DNA of 64,000 bases from Patescibacteria group bacterium (GCA_034658935.1 JAYEGE010000006.1:24912-88911), one strand, 5' to 3'. Counted from the stretch's first letter, positions 47,327 through 56,488 are shown. Translations and numbers: made by a program. The notes: generated by a model not told the origin, from the letters alone.

Positions 47327-48799
47327 CTACTTTACGCCGTATTTAGAGCGAATCTTAGAAATCTCAGCTTGTTCAATCTTTTCTTTCTTCTCTTTGCCCC
47401 CCTCCCCCATTTTCTTAAGTTCTTTTTTGTCTAGTTTAGCTAATTCTTTAGCTCGTGCTATTAATTTATCTGTTTCGTTATTCTCGGGTTTATCTAAGGT
47501 TTCTTCCAATAGAGCATGCAAAATATGGCCAATCTTGGGCCCAGCCTCTAGGCCGGTTTCATGTATAACGTTGTCACCGTCTATTTTGAGCATTGTCACC
47601 GAGGTTGGGGCCCTCAGAGCCTCCTCTATCATCGACTCGTATTTCCTTAGCCGATAAGGACTCTCCTTTGGTCGGCCCATGCCAATACGGTCGCACATTC
47701 TGACAGACATCAGATCCCAAACCTCTTCTCGGCCAACGTTCCTAATGATCCGCCTTACGGCCGACAAAGTGATTTTCTCTATATCGGTGAAGAACATATG
47801 GTTACGCACTAATTTGGCGATCAGGTCGGTTGTTTTCTTGGGGAACTTAAGGCGCTCGAGGACCTGCCTGGCTGTTCTTGCTCCTACCACGTCATGACCA
47901 TAGAAGGTCCAGTCCTTCTTTTCGTCCCCCCATTTCCTAGTCCTTGGTTTACCAATGTCGTGGAAGAGGGCGGCTAGTCTCACGTGTAACGGATATTTCC
48001 TGTCAGCTGAGTGTTGGAGGGCCCGCAAACTATGTTCCCAGACCTCGTACATGTGATCTCCGTTCTGTTTCACATGAATCCCTTCCTCTAATTCAGGCAA
48101 GAATTCTCGTAGAACCCCCAACTTATTGGCTAAAACTAGCCCTATCATGGGTTGGTCGGTCATTATAATCCGAATAAACTCCTCCCTAATTCGCTCAGCA
48201 GAGATAATCTTCAATAAATGGGCGTTCTTGCTTATACTAGTGGCCGTTTCAGACTCAATAGCAAAGTTCAATTGAGTGGCCAGTCTAATTCCCCTCAATA
48301 TTCGTAGAGAATCTTCAGAAAGGCGCTCGTCCGGGTCCCCTACTGCCCTGATCAGCTTGTCCTTTAGGTCCTCCTGGCCACTATAAAGGTCAATCACCTT
48401 GTTTTCGTCTTGGTCGAGAGCCAGAGCGTTAACCGTGAAGTCTCGTCTTTTGAGGTCATCTTCTAGATTATTGCTCCAAGTAACCTCGTCGGGCCGCCTT
48501 TGGTCTGAGTACTTGGCCTCTAGTCTGAACGGTGTAATCTCTACACATCTAATGCTCTTATCTTCGCACTCTTCATTGACCACTGATACGGTGCCGTAAT
48601 CGTTTTCGTAAAAAGTTTTAGGGAATAAGGCGGCAATTTCCTCTGGTCTAGCGTTGGTGGTAATATCCCAATCTTTAGGTTTTAGGCCGGCGACAAGGTC
48701 ACGAACGCAGCCACCGACCAAGTAGGCCTGAAAACCGCCCTTTTTCAGGCTTTTAGTTATACGTGTAACCTCTTCTGGGATGGAGAACTTAGATACCAT
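47327..48799 (-). CDS. cca: CCA-adding tRNA nucleotidyltransferase with HD domain
   Basis: GGCVRDLVAG head motif, an HD domain, and a Lys/Glu-rich C-terminal tail. The track N-terminal extension to 48904 translates the upstream tRNA-Gly gene; the start is the ATG at 48799 (MVSKFSIPEE). Confidence 0.85.
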   Translation of the reverse strand: MVSKFSIPEEVTRITKSLKKGGFQAYLVGGCVRDLVAGLKPKDWDITTNARPEEIAALFPKTFYENDYGTVSVVNEECEDKSIRCVEITPFRLEAKYSDQRRPDEVTWSNNLEDDLKRRDFTVNALALDQDENKVIDLYSGQEDLKDKLIRAVGDPDERLSEDSLRILRGIRLATQLNFAIESETATSISKNAHLLKIISAERIREEFIRIIMTDQPMIGLVLANKLGVLREFLPELEEGIHVKQNGDHMYEVWEHSLRALQHSADRKYPLHVRLAALFHDIGKPRTRKWGDEKKDWTFYGHDVVGARTARQVLERLKFPKKTTDLIAKLVRNHMFFTDIEKITLSAVRRIIRNVGREEVWDLMSVRMCDRIGMGRPKESPYRLRKYESMIEEALRAPTSVTMLKIDGDNVIHETGLEAGPKIGHILHALLEETLDKPENNETDKLIARAKELAKLDKKELKKMGEGGKEKKEKIEQAEISKIRSKYGVK

Positions 48800-48814
48800 A
48801 TGGTGCTTATGTTG

Positions 48815-48885
48815 TGCGGGTAGGGAGAATCGAACTCCCGACTCATCCTTGGCAAGGACGTATTTTACCACTAAACCATACCCGC
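48815..48885 (-). tRNA. tRNA-Gly (anticodon GCC)
   Basis: The 71-nt sequence GCGGGTATGGTTTAGTGGTAAAATACGTCCTTGCCAAGGATGAGTCGGGAGTTCGATTCTCCCTACCCGCA folds as a cloverleaf: acceptor GCGGGTA/TACCCGC, anticodon loop TTGCCAA, T-loop TTCGATT. No CCA is encoded. Confidence 0.9.
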
Positions 48886-48947
48886 TTACGCCTAAATGTA
48901 GCATAATATTTTTAAAAGAGCTAGAATTATAAAGCTCTTATTTGCAA

Positions 48948-49019
48948 AGCGCCTGTGGTGAAATGGATATCACAACGGTCTTCGGAACCGTCGTTCTGGG
49001 TTCGAATCCTGGCAGGCGC
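48948..49019 (+). tRNA. tRNA-Arg (anticodon TCG)
   Basis: GCGCCTGTGGTGAAATGGATATCACAACGGTCTTCGGAACCGTCGTTCTGGGTTCGAATCCTGGCAGGCGCG with a 7-bp acceptor, anticodon stem ACGGT/ACCGT and loop CTTCGGA. Confidence 0.85.
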
Positions 49020-49184
49020 GTTAAGTAAGTACCCAAAAGTTCGGGTTATCGGTCAAAACTGTGCATAAGCCTGGGGACAATGTGTATAAACGGACAAGTC
49101 TTTAATAATGCCTATATGTCTCTATCTGCCCATACCCTTGTTTCTAGCCATATTTACTACTTGTCTCTAAGTGTATAAGGCATT

Positions 49185-49574
49185 ATGTTTCATAAGAAAC
49201 CTAATAAGCAGGAAATCGGCCAAAGAGGAGAAGACGTGGCGGCCAAGTATCTTGAAGAACGTGGTTTCAAAGTAATTGATCGTAATTATCGCCGACCTTG
49301 GGGCGAAATAGATCTCGTGGTACAGAGGGACAAGGAGGTTGGATTTATAGAGGTCAAGACTGTTTCCCGTGTAACTCTGAGCGAGGACGATTACGAGCCG
49401 GAGGACAATTTGCATCCTTGGAAACTTAAACGTCTCCGACGAATTATTCAAACTTATGTTTTGGCAAAAAATTTTGATGACGATATTGATTGGCAAGTTG
49501 ACGTCATTTCCGTCTACCTAGATCTGGCGGGGGAGACCCTAAAAATCGACTGGCTAGAAGATATCACCCCCTAA
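49185..49574 (+). CDS. yraN: YraN/UPF0102 family endonuclease
   Basis: 129 aa; IGQRGEDVAAKYLEERGFKVIDRNYRRPWGEIDLV matches the YraN core. Confidence 0.8.
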   Translation: MFHKKPNKQEIGQRGEDVAAKYLEERGFKVIDRNYRRPWGEIDLVVQRDKEVGFIEVKTVSRVTLSEDDYEPEDNLHPWKLKRLRRIIQTYVLAKNFDDDIDWQVDVISVYLDLAGETLKIDWLEDITP

Positions 49575-49590
49575 TCTACTATTTGGACAG

Positions 49591-49613
49591 ATTTGGACAC
49601 TCAATGTCCAAAT
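49591..49613. repeat. REP palindrome ATTTGGACACTCAATGTCCAAAT (preceded by a half-site ATTTGGACAG)
   Basis: Palindrome with one arm mismatch, plus an extra upstream half-site. Confidence 0.85.
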
Positions 49614-49647
49614 ATCCTCAAACCACGGCTTGAAATAAGGTTTTAAA

Positions 49648-49672
49648 ATTTGGACATTGAGTGTCCAAATTA
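49648..49672. repeat. REP palindrome AATTTGGACATTGAGTGTCCAAATT
   Basis: Second member of a doublet 35 bp from the previous copy. Confidence 0.85.
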
Positions 49673-49984
49673 TTTGGTAGATGGAGTGTGGGGTACGGAT
49701 GGATAAAAAGAAGCCCCATCCGTAAGATGCGAATGAGGCCCGGTCTAGTCTGAGAGATTTAGCTGGGCTTGTTGCTCCATGAGGAGGGCAGGTCCTTCGT
49801 TGCTGTTGCTCAGCGACGGGGTTACCTTCGGTTTCCTGATTACCGAGTCTACTTAGCCGGCTCTGACCAGCTAAGTGGAGTGGTAAAATGTCGTTTCAAC
49901 CTCTTCCTCACGACAATCTCTCTGACAAGACCTGGATCCAATGTCTACCCTACCTAGGATAGGAATTAATGTTAATCCCTTTGT

Positions 49985-50055
49985 TCGGGCTGCCGGGAAT
50001 CGAACCCGGTCTACACCCACCCCATGGGCGCGTACTACCGGTATACTACAGTCCG
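49985..50055 (-). tRNA. tRNA-Pro (anticodon GGG)
   Basis: CGGACTGTAGTATACCGGTAGTACGCGCCCATGGGGTGGGTGTAGACCGGGTTCGATTCCCGGCAGCCCGA with the C1-G72 pair typical of bacterial tRNA-Pro and anticodon loop ATGGGGT. There is one A-C mismatch in the acceptor stem. Confidence 0.7.
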
Positions 50056-50164
50056 TTACCTCTACATCTATCTTATCTGCAAGTCGCCGATGAGGCGGCT
50101 ACAGCCCGAAAATGTAGAAAATGCTTATGTATTATGCTAAGATGACGCACTAGAAGCAAGTAAT

Positions 50165-50235
50165 CGGGCCGTAGTGTAACGGTAGCACGAGACGTTTGGG
50201 ACGTTTTAGTCCGAGTTCAAATCTCGGCGGCCCGA
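50165..50235 (+). tRNA. tRNA-Pro (anticodon TGG)
   Basis: CGGGCCGTAGTGTAACGGTAGCACGAGACGTTTGGGACGTTTTAGTCCGAGTTCAAATCTCGGCGGCCCGA with a C1-G72 pair, anticodon loop TTTGGGA and T-loop TTCAAAT. Confidence 0.85.
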
Positions 50236-50269
50236 CAGTGAAATAGGCGAAACGGAGCATAGCGGCAAC

Positions 50270-51397
50270 ATGTCTGACCAATTCTATGCAGCAAGAGACA
50301 AAATTATGGGCGGTCTATACCGACAGGTTTTGAAGCGCTTTTTTTTTCTCCAAGATCCGGAGCGGGTTCACGACGGGATGATCTCGATGGGGGAGCGGCT
50401 AGGGAAATATGCCGCCGCCTGTGCCCTGGTGGGGGAGGCTTTTGGTTATGAAAATAAAATTTTGGAGCAAACGCTTTTGGGAATTGATTTTGCCAGCCCA
50501 ATTGGATTGGCGGCCGGCTTTGATAAGGATGCTCGTTTAACGCAGATCTTACCGGCAGTTGGCTTTGGATTTGGAGAAGTTGGTTCGATTACCGGCGAAG
50601 TTTGCGGGGGCAATCCTAAGCCGCGCTTACAACGTCTGCCTAAATCCCGATCTCTTCTTATTTATTATGGTTTAAAAAACGATGGTTGTGAGACCATCTC
50701 TGCTCGTTTGGAAAAACAAAATTTTAAAATTCCCATCGGGATTAGTGTGGCCAAAACCAATTGCGCTGCGACTGTGCCAACTGAAGCGGGCATCGCTGAC
50801 TATCTTAAGGCCTTCAAAATTTTTGTTGATAGGGGGGTGGGGGATTATTTCACTATCAATATTAGTTGCCCCAATGCTTTTGGTGGGCAGCCTTTCACTG
50901 ATGCTGACAGTCTGGAAAAACTTCTGACGGCCATTAATCAGGTGCCTACCACCAAGCCGATCTTCATTAAGCTCTCACCTGATCTGTCGCGAGAGGAAAT
51001 AGATCGGATCTTAGGAACTACCGGCCGCCATCGCATTGATGGTTTCATTTGCACTAATCTCACTAAGAATCGTGATAGTACGAAGATTAAGGAAACTAAA
51101 ATTCTCGAAAAAGGCGGCTTGTCTGGCCATGTTGTCCAGGGCTTGTCAGACGACTTGATTAAATACATTTATCGAAAAGTTGGAGACCGATACGTAATTA
51201 TCGGTTGCGGCGGAATCTTCTCAGCGGAGGACGCTTATCGTAAGATTCGTCTTGGCGCTTCTTTAATTCAAATGATCACTGGTATGATTTACCAAGGGCC
51301 GCAAGTTATTGGTGAGATCAATCGCGGTCTGGTAAAATTGCTCCGCCGCGACGGCTTTAAAAATATCTCTGAAGCCGTCGGCGTCGACAATCGCTAG
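50270..51397 (+). CDS. pyrD: dihydroorotate dehydrogenase (quinone, class 2)
   Basis: 375 aa with an N-terminal membrane-association helix, GLAAGFDKDA, and a TIM-barrel FMN-binding C-terminal region IGCGGIFSAEDAY. Confidence 0.88.
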   Translation: MSDQFYAARDKIMGGLYRQVLKRFFFLQDPERVHDGMISMGERLGKYAAACALVGEAFGYENKILEQTLLGIDFASPIGLAAGFDKDARLTQILPAVGFGFGEVGSITGEVCGGNPKPRLQRLPKSRSLLIYYGLKNDGCETISARLEKQNFKIPIGISVAKTNCAATVPTEAGIADYLKAFKIFVDRGVGDYFTINISCPNAFGGQPFTDADSLEKLLTAINQVPTTKPIFIKLSPDLSREEIDRILGTTGRHRIDGFICTNLTKNRDSTKIKETKILEKGGLSGHVVQGLSDDLIKYIYRKVGDRYVIIGCGGIFSAEDAYRKIRLGASLIQMITGMIYQGPQVIGEINRGLVKLLRRDGFKNISEAVGVDNR

Positions 51398-51489
51398 CCC
51401 TTGCTCTTTACGGCTTCACGTGTTATCTTGAAATTGGTAAATTGGTAAAGGAGTTTGTTCTTTTCTTTGTGTAAAAAGGGAGTAGAGTC

Positions 51490-51939
51490 ATGAGAATAAT
51501 AGCCGGTTTGATCCCGCGACGTCTTCGATTATATGTTCTCGCCGAACGGCCGCGTACCGAGAGTCAATATCTTGCGCTTGCCGCGGCAATTAAGGCGGGT
51601 GTGGGGAAATTGTCGAAACATAATGACCTATTGGTGCAAATGGAAGTCTATAGTTGCCCGGCGGCGTTGGCCGCCCATGACCCGATCGCCGCTGTCTTAG
51701 ATTTTGTCGCGGGGCCGAAGGTCATGGATCAAGAAGCTCTGGTGCTCGTAGACGGAGTCCATCTGGTGAATCGCCATGTAATAGCGTCAGTTGCCGAACA
51801 GGTTAGCATCCCACTACTTTGGGCCCAGCGCTTTGTGTCCGCCACTGGCAAAAGTGGAAGACTGATGAAGATTATTACTCAGAATAAAGATGACAAGCCG
51901 ATCTGGCCGCTTTCTGTCGTTTCTCCTGCCCCCGCTTGA
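51490..51939 (+). CDS. hypothetical protein
   Basis: 149 aa in a locally G+C-richer segment, followed by a terminator; no motif recognised. Confidence 0.4.
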   Translation: MRIIAGLIPRRLRLYVLAERPRTESQYLALAAAIKAGVGKLSKHNDLLVQMEVYSCPAALAAHDPIAAVLDFVAGPKVMDQEALVLVDGVHLVNRHVIASVAEQVSIPLLWAQRFVSATGKSGRLMKIITQNKDDKPIWPLSVVSPAPA

Positions 51940-51954
51940 CGGGGGCTCTTTTTA
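51929..51954. terminator. terminator hairpin GCCCCCGCTTGACGGGGGC plus T-run
   Basis: Read directly; it lies between convergent genes. Confidence 0.6.
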
Positions 51955-53148
51955 CTTCGAATAAATCCGTTTCATCAAAGGATTAAGTCTGGTCACAATT
52001 TCGTAATTAGTAGTCCCGGTAAGTGCCGCCAATTCGTCAGCGTTAACTTCTTTCTCGCCGTCTTTACCAATTAAAATAACTTCTTCGCCAACTTTGTCTT
52101 TGGCCTTGGGCCCAAGATTGATAATTAAGATGTCCATTGAAACACGACCTAGTATCCGACAACGCCTACCGCTTACCAAGACGTGACCAATGCTAGAGAG
52201 CGCTCGTGGGTAGCCATGCCAATACCCTATAGGGCAGATACCGGCAACAGTTTCTTGTTCTAGAGTTTCAGTGAAGTCGTAACCAATTCGATCGCCACGC
52301 TTCAGCTTCTTCGTTTCACCGACGACTGTCTTCCAAGTCAGGACGGGTTGTAATTTAATATGATCTCCCAGGGCAGCGGCTACTTCAGCTGAGGGCCAAA
52401 GGCCATAGAGAGAGATCCCTATTCGCACTAGATCGAAATGGGTTTCGGGGAAGAGTAAGGTGCCAGAGCTAGCGGCGGCGTGTCGGATGGGGGAGTAGCC
52501 CGCCTTCTCGATCAACCCCACCGCCTGGCGGAACAGATCAGATTGTTGGCGAGTGTCTCGGGGGAAGGCGGGGTTCTTGGCCGCCGCGAAATGAGTATAA
52601 ATACCAACGAGATTTTCTGTGGGGACACTTTTTTGTTTTAGGAAACGGATGATCGCTGGGAGCTCCGCCAATCGCAGACCTTGCCTACACATACCGGTGT
52701 CTATCTTGAGATGAAACCGGAGTCCTCTATTGGAAACATGTTCCATGGCGCGAACCAATGCTTCCAATCCCTCCTTGGTTGAGATACTTAAATCGAGATT
52801 ATGTCCGCTCGCTTTAGCTAATCTCTCCGGCAAGGTGTGGCCGAGAATAAGGATGGGGGCCTTGGCGCCATGCTCGCGGAGAGCGGTCCCTTCAACAATA
52901 GAATCAACTGCCAACCAATCGGCGCCGAGCCGCTCCATCTCGCGTGCGAATTGGAAGATGTCGTGGCCATAAGCATTAGATTTAACCACTGCCATTAGCT
53001 TGGTCTTCTTCCCAATCAATTGGCGGAAGATTTGATAATTGTTCTTGAGGGCCGAGCGGCTGATCTCTACCCAGGTTCTTAATCCCGCATTAGCAGAACT
53101 TAGGCTCTTGGGCGCTTTAACCTTAGGTTTATTGCTTTTGGGTTTCAC
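51952..53148 (-). CDS. alr: alanine racemase
   Basis: 398 aa with PLP-binding motif AVVKSNAYGHD and a C-terminal beta domain. Confidence 0.88.
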   Translation of the reverse strand: MKPKSNKPKVKAPKSLSSANAGLRTWVEISRSALKNNYQIFRQLIGKKTKLMAVVKSNAYGHDIFQFAREMERLGADWLAVDSIVEGTALREHGAKAPILILGHTLPERLAKASGHNLDLSISTKEGLEALVRAMEHVSNRGLRFHLKIDTGMCRQGLRLAELPAIIRFLKQKSVPTENLVGIYTHFAAAKNPAFPRDTRQQSDLFRQAVGLIEKAGYSPIRHAAASSGTLLFPETHFDLVRIGISLYGLWPSAEVAAALGDHIKLQPVLTWKTVVGETKKLKRGDRIGYDFTETLEQETVAGICPIGYWHGYPRALSSIGHVLVSGRRCRILGRVSMDILIINLGPKAKDKVGEEVILIGKDGEKEVNADELAALTGTTNYEIVTRLNPLMKRIYSK

Positions 53149-53266
53149 AATCTCATCCTAACGGAAGTCTGCCGCCCCCGCAAACCGTTGGAAGAGGCGG
53201 CTTGTCCGGGGCGCCCCTTTCGACTACAATGCGGCCATAGATTATTGTTAGTAATTACACTCTTAT

Positions 53267-54121
53267 ATGAATGAATCTTTAGCGAAAGTGTGGGCCAGCA
53301 TCCTGCCCTGGCTCACTGATCATGGAGTCAAGATCGTGCTTATTATCTTGATGGCGTTCATCGTCCAGAAATTCGGCGGTCTCTTTATCGAGAAATTGAT
53401 CAGGAGGATCATCGTGGCCGATCCTTTGCGTCCACCTAATTCAGAGAGGAAGCGCGAGGACACTCTTATTCAAATATTCGTTGGTACCTTGAAGATCGTC
53501 TTGTGGTTGGTGGTCCTGATGCTTGTGTTAGAAGAAGTGGGGATTGCCATTGGTCCGATTATCGCTGCTGCTGGGATTGTGGGCTTAGCCTTCGGCTTCG
53601 GTGGTCAATACTTGATCCGCGATCTCATTAGTGGGCTCTTTGTAATCATGGAGAATCAATACCGGATCGGCGATGTGGTAAGCATCGCTGGTATTAGTGG
53701 TTCGGTAGAAGACATTAGTTTACGGATGACGACTCTGCGTGATCTTGATGGGGCGGTTCATCACATACCACACGGAGAGATTACTACGGTTTCTAACTTG
53801 TCCAAATATTTTGCTCGGGTCAATCTAGATATTGGTATTTCTTACGACGCTAATTTAGAAAAGGTTATTGCGGTAGTTGATAAGGTGGGGGAGGACATGG
53901 CCGCTGATGCAGAATGGAAGGAGCATATTACTAAACCGCCGAAATTCTTGCGAGTGAATGATTTTGCCGATTCCTCTGTGATGATTAAAATCCTCGGTGA
54001 GACTAAGCCGCTCAAGCAATGGGAAATTACTGGCGAGCTCCGCAAGCGCCTCAAGATTGCCTTCGACCGCGAAGGCATCGAGATCCCTTTCCCTCAACGC
54101 GTCATCCATCAAGCTAAATAA
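53267..54121 (+). CDS. small-conductance mechanosensitive channel (MscS family)
   Basis: 284 aa with three N-terminal TM helices and the MscS beta-domain. Confidence 0.8.
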   Translation: MNESLAKVWASILPWLTDHGVKIVLIILMAFIVQKFGGLFIEKLIRRIIVADPLRPPNSERKREDTLIQIFVGTLKIVLWLVVLMLVLEEVGIAIGPIIAAAGIVGLAFGFGGQYLIRDLISGLFVIMENQYRIGDVVSIAGISGSVEDISLRMTTLRDLDGAVHHIPHGEITTVSNLSKYFARVNLDIGISYDANLEKVIAVVDKVGEDMAADAEWKEHITKPPKFLRVNDFADSSVMIKILGETKPLKQWEITGELRKRLKIAFDREGIEIPFPQRVIHQAK

Positions 54122-54130
54122 GATAAAAAA

Positions 54131-54176
54131 ACTTAGACACAGCATGTCGAACTCCCAGACACGACGTGCCCAAGTT
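54131..54176. repeat. degenerate composite double-REP element
   Basis: ACTTAGACAC-AGC-ATGTCGAACTCCCAGACAC-GAC-GTGCCCAAGT has the same architecture as the 45707 and 59328 elements, with arm mutations. Confidence 0.65.
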
Positions 54177-54402
54177 TTTGTTTCCTGCTGAAAATTTCCC
54201 TGGCTCTCGCGCCGTCGCGCTCCGAGACGGTCTTTCTAGCAACATCGGCTTCCGTGGATTCGAACACTTCGTGTCTTGCTTGCCCGTCACGGAGTGCCCA
54301 AATCCACATTGGAGTGAAACTAGACATTTTTGTCGCCATGGCACAAATATGCTAGCCTTGGCTTAGTTTTAGACATTATTAATCGTAATTTCTGTATTAA
54401 TT

Positions 54403-55524
54403 ATGAATGCAACAATAAAGTGGATAATTGGCATAATCATTGTTATCGCGATCATCTGGATCGGTTTCTCGCTAGGAGATAAGCAGCCAGCTGAAACGGG
54501 GCCAATCAAGATCGGCCTCTCTGCCCCCCTCACTGGTGAAGGGACCAGCTTCGGCGACGGGATGAGAGCTGGGGCCCAACTCGCCGTCAGCGAGATAAAT
54601 GAAGCTGGTGGTGTTGATGGGAGGATGGTGGAAGTTATCTATGAAGATGATACATGTACTGCTAGGGGTGGATCCACTGTCTTTAACAAATTGGTGAATG
54701 TGGACCGAGTTGATGCTATTGCTGGGCCACTTTGCTCAGCAGTTGGGGCGGCTGGTTTACCAATAGCTCAGGAAGCCGGAGTCCCAACAATTGAGTTTGG
54801 ATCGGCTCCAGCTCTCCCAGCGATAGGGGATTATATTTTCCGAACTTACCCCTCCGATTCTTTCCAGGGGAAATTTACCGCTGAGTATTTAACCGATGAG
54901 CTCAGTAAGAAAAAAGCTGCTGTGTTGTATGTAAAGAATGATTGGGGGCAGGGTCTTAGTGATGTCTTCGAAGCATCCTTTACTGAATTGGGTGGCGAAG
55001 TGGTTTATAACGAGGGTGTAGCCCCAGAGACTAAAGATCTCAAAAGCTTCATCGCTAAGATCAAATTGGCCGAACCCGATGTTATCTATTTACCTGCTTA
55101 CCCAAATATTGCCATCATTGGGTTGAGGCAAATGGCAGAAGCGGGGATAGATGTTCCTATCTGGTCTGGCGATGCCTTCGACACAGATGAGATCGTCAAG
55201 TCTGGTGTGGCTGATGGTGCGGTATATGTTAGGGCTCTGACGGCTAGCCCAGATGACTTCAAACAACGTATCAAAGATGAGACAGGAATAGATTCTAATC
55301 TGCCTACCCCTTTGACCTACGATGCTATTCACATCCTTGCCAAGGTTTTTGGGGAGGTTGGAACAGACAAGGAGGCAGTTAGAGATGCTCTAGCCAGTTT
55401 GTCTTACAGAGACGCTGTTTCCCTACCCCTTATTGAGTTCGACGAATTGGGAGACCTCACTACGGCTGAGTTCGAAATCATGACTATCCAGAATGGTGAG
55501 GCAGTGCCGTACGTCCAGGAATAA
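54403..55524 (+). CDS. periplasmic substrate-binding protein, LivJ-like (paralog of 36247-37308)
   Basis: 373 aa with an N-terminal TM anchor; IKIGLSAPLTGEGTSFGDGMRAGAQLAVSEINEAGG is the same family as the earlier SBP. No transporter partners are adjacent. Confidence 0.7.
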   Translation: MNATIKWIIGIIIVIAIIWIGFSLGDKQPAETGPIKIGLSAPLTGEGTSFGDGMRAGAQLAVSEINEAGGVDGRMVEVIYEDDTCTARGGSTVFNKLVNVDRVDAIAGPLCSAVGAAGLPIAQEAGVPTIEFGSAPALPAIGDYIFRTYPSDSFQGKFTAEYLTDELSKKKAAVLYVKNDWGQGLSDVFEASFTELGGEVVYNEGVAPETKDLKSFIAKIKLAEPDVIYLPAYPNIAIIGLRQMAEAGIDVPIWSGDAFDTDEIVKSGVADGAVYVRALTASPDDFKQRIKDETGIDSNLPTPLTYDAIHILAKVFGEVGTDKEAVRDALASLSYRDAVSLPLIEFDELGDLTTAEFEIMTIQNGEAVPYVQE

Positions 55525-55552
55525 AAATTCAGACGACGTAAATTGAGAAATC

Positions 55553-55590
55553 AAAAACCAGTCAGGCATCGCCTGGCTGGTTTTTGATTG
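55553..55590 (+). terminator. rho-independent terminator after SBP gene
   Basis: Hairpin CCAGTCAGGCATCGCCTGGCTGG followed by TTTTTG. Confidence 0.6.
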
Positions 55591-55687
55591 CGACAGAAAT
55601 AGTCTTAAAGAATCTACGGTCGTAGGTTTTGTAAGACTGGGGGACAATTAAAGGTTACCCTTGGTACGGGTTTAGGCCCTGATTTTA

Positions 55688-55712
55688 GTTTTGGACACTG
55701 CGTGTCCAAATT
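55688..55712. repeat. REP palindrome TTTTGGACACTGCGTGTCCAAATT
   Basis: Perfect core palindrome. Confidence 0.9.
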
Positions 55713-55792
55713 CAATCGTTTTCTCACCGGCAAGAATCTTAGGTATCAACCGCCACGACTTATTTATTATCGCTAGATGGTCCATCATATAT

Positions 55793-56203
55793 CTATTTAG
55801 TTATATCAGCTCCGCCATTAAAGTATCCCTCGGTAACTTCTAGGGAATCATCGACGGGGATGACGGTTCCATTCTGCATTGCTATTTCGATCTCGACGTT
55901 ACCTTCTGTGGGCCTGACTCCTTCAGCTATCGATAGGGTGATGTGGGGGTGCTCATTGGTGGACTTCTCATTCTCTACCAATAATACATCCACTTTATCT
56001 GTTGTAACGCGGCCGGTGATTGCGATGGTTTGCTTCTCACCCACCTCGATATCGGCCAGCCCGTTCTGCGGTCTGAACTCGATTGTTGAATGATGATAAA
56101 AATGCCTTGGGTGGACGGGCGGATATTTCGCCTTCAGCGCCCCAACATCATCGACAAATCTCGCTGTATATATCACCCGTTCATTTCTTTGTGATGGTTC
56201 CAT
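55793..56203 (-). CDS. hypothetical protein
   Basis: 136 aa with no recognised motif. Confidence 0.45.
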   Translation of the reverse strand: MEPSQRNERVIYTARFVDDVGALKAKYPPVHPRHFYHHSTIEFRPQNGLADIEVGEKQTIAITGRVTTDKVDVLLVENEKSTNEHPHITLSIAEGVRPTEGNVEIEIAMQNGTVIPVDDSLEVTEGYFNGGADITK

Positions 56204-56225
56204 GGTTTTGTAGGTTAACTATTTT

Positions 56226-56417
56226 GGTGCGGGATGGGAGAATCGGTCACGAGTTACTAAGCTTTTTACTCCAGGTATTCGTAAAAATCTAAGTACTCTC
56301 GACTCCGACTCGCGACCCCGCAAGCTTGCGGGGTATCCGCTCCGTCTTTCGATTCTCCCTCCGCGCGGATGGAAACCAAGAAAGGCTAGCCTTTCAGGCC
56401 AACCTTTCTTGGTTTTA
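56226..56417 (-). other. tRNA-Gly 3-prime-end direct repeat plus 172-bp palindrome-rich segment
   Basis: TGCGGGATGGGAGAATCG (18 nt) at 56228-56245 is identical to the tRNA 3-prime end at 56418-56435. The enclosed segment holds the perfect 18-nt palindrome CCCCGCAAGCTTGCGGGG, a 10-bp stem CCAAGAAAGG/CCTTTCTTGG, and an inverted CGATTCTCCC copy. Confidence 0.6.
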
Positions 56418-56488
56418 TGCGGGATGGGAGAATCGAACTCCCAACCACAGTTTGGAAAACTGTTATTTTACCATTAAACTAATCCCGC
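56418..56488 (-). tRNA. tRNA-Gly (anticodon TCC)
   Basis: GCGGGATTAGTTTAATGGTAAAATAACAGTTTTCCAAACTGTGGTTGGGAGTTCGATTCTCCCATCCCGCA has a standard cloverleaf with anticodon loop TTTCCAA. Confidence 0.9.

Noticed and set aside
56226-56420. tmRNA or a second full tRNA suggested by the duplicated tRNA-like 3-prime end with encoded CCA
   Set aside because: The T-stem partner (GGGAG) is absent in the distal copy, no acceptor 5-prime strand (GCGGGAT) is present, and there is no tag-peptide reading frame. It is a partial duplication, not a functional tRNA or tmRNA.
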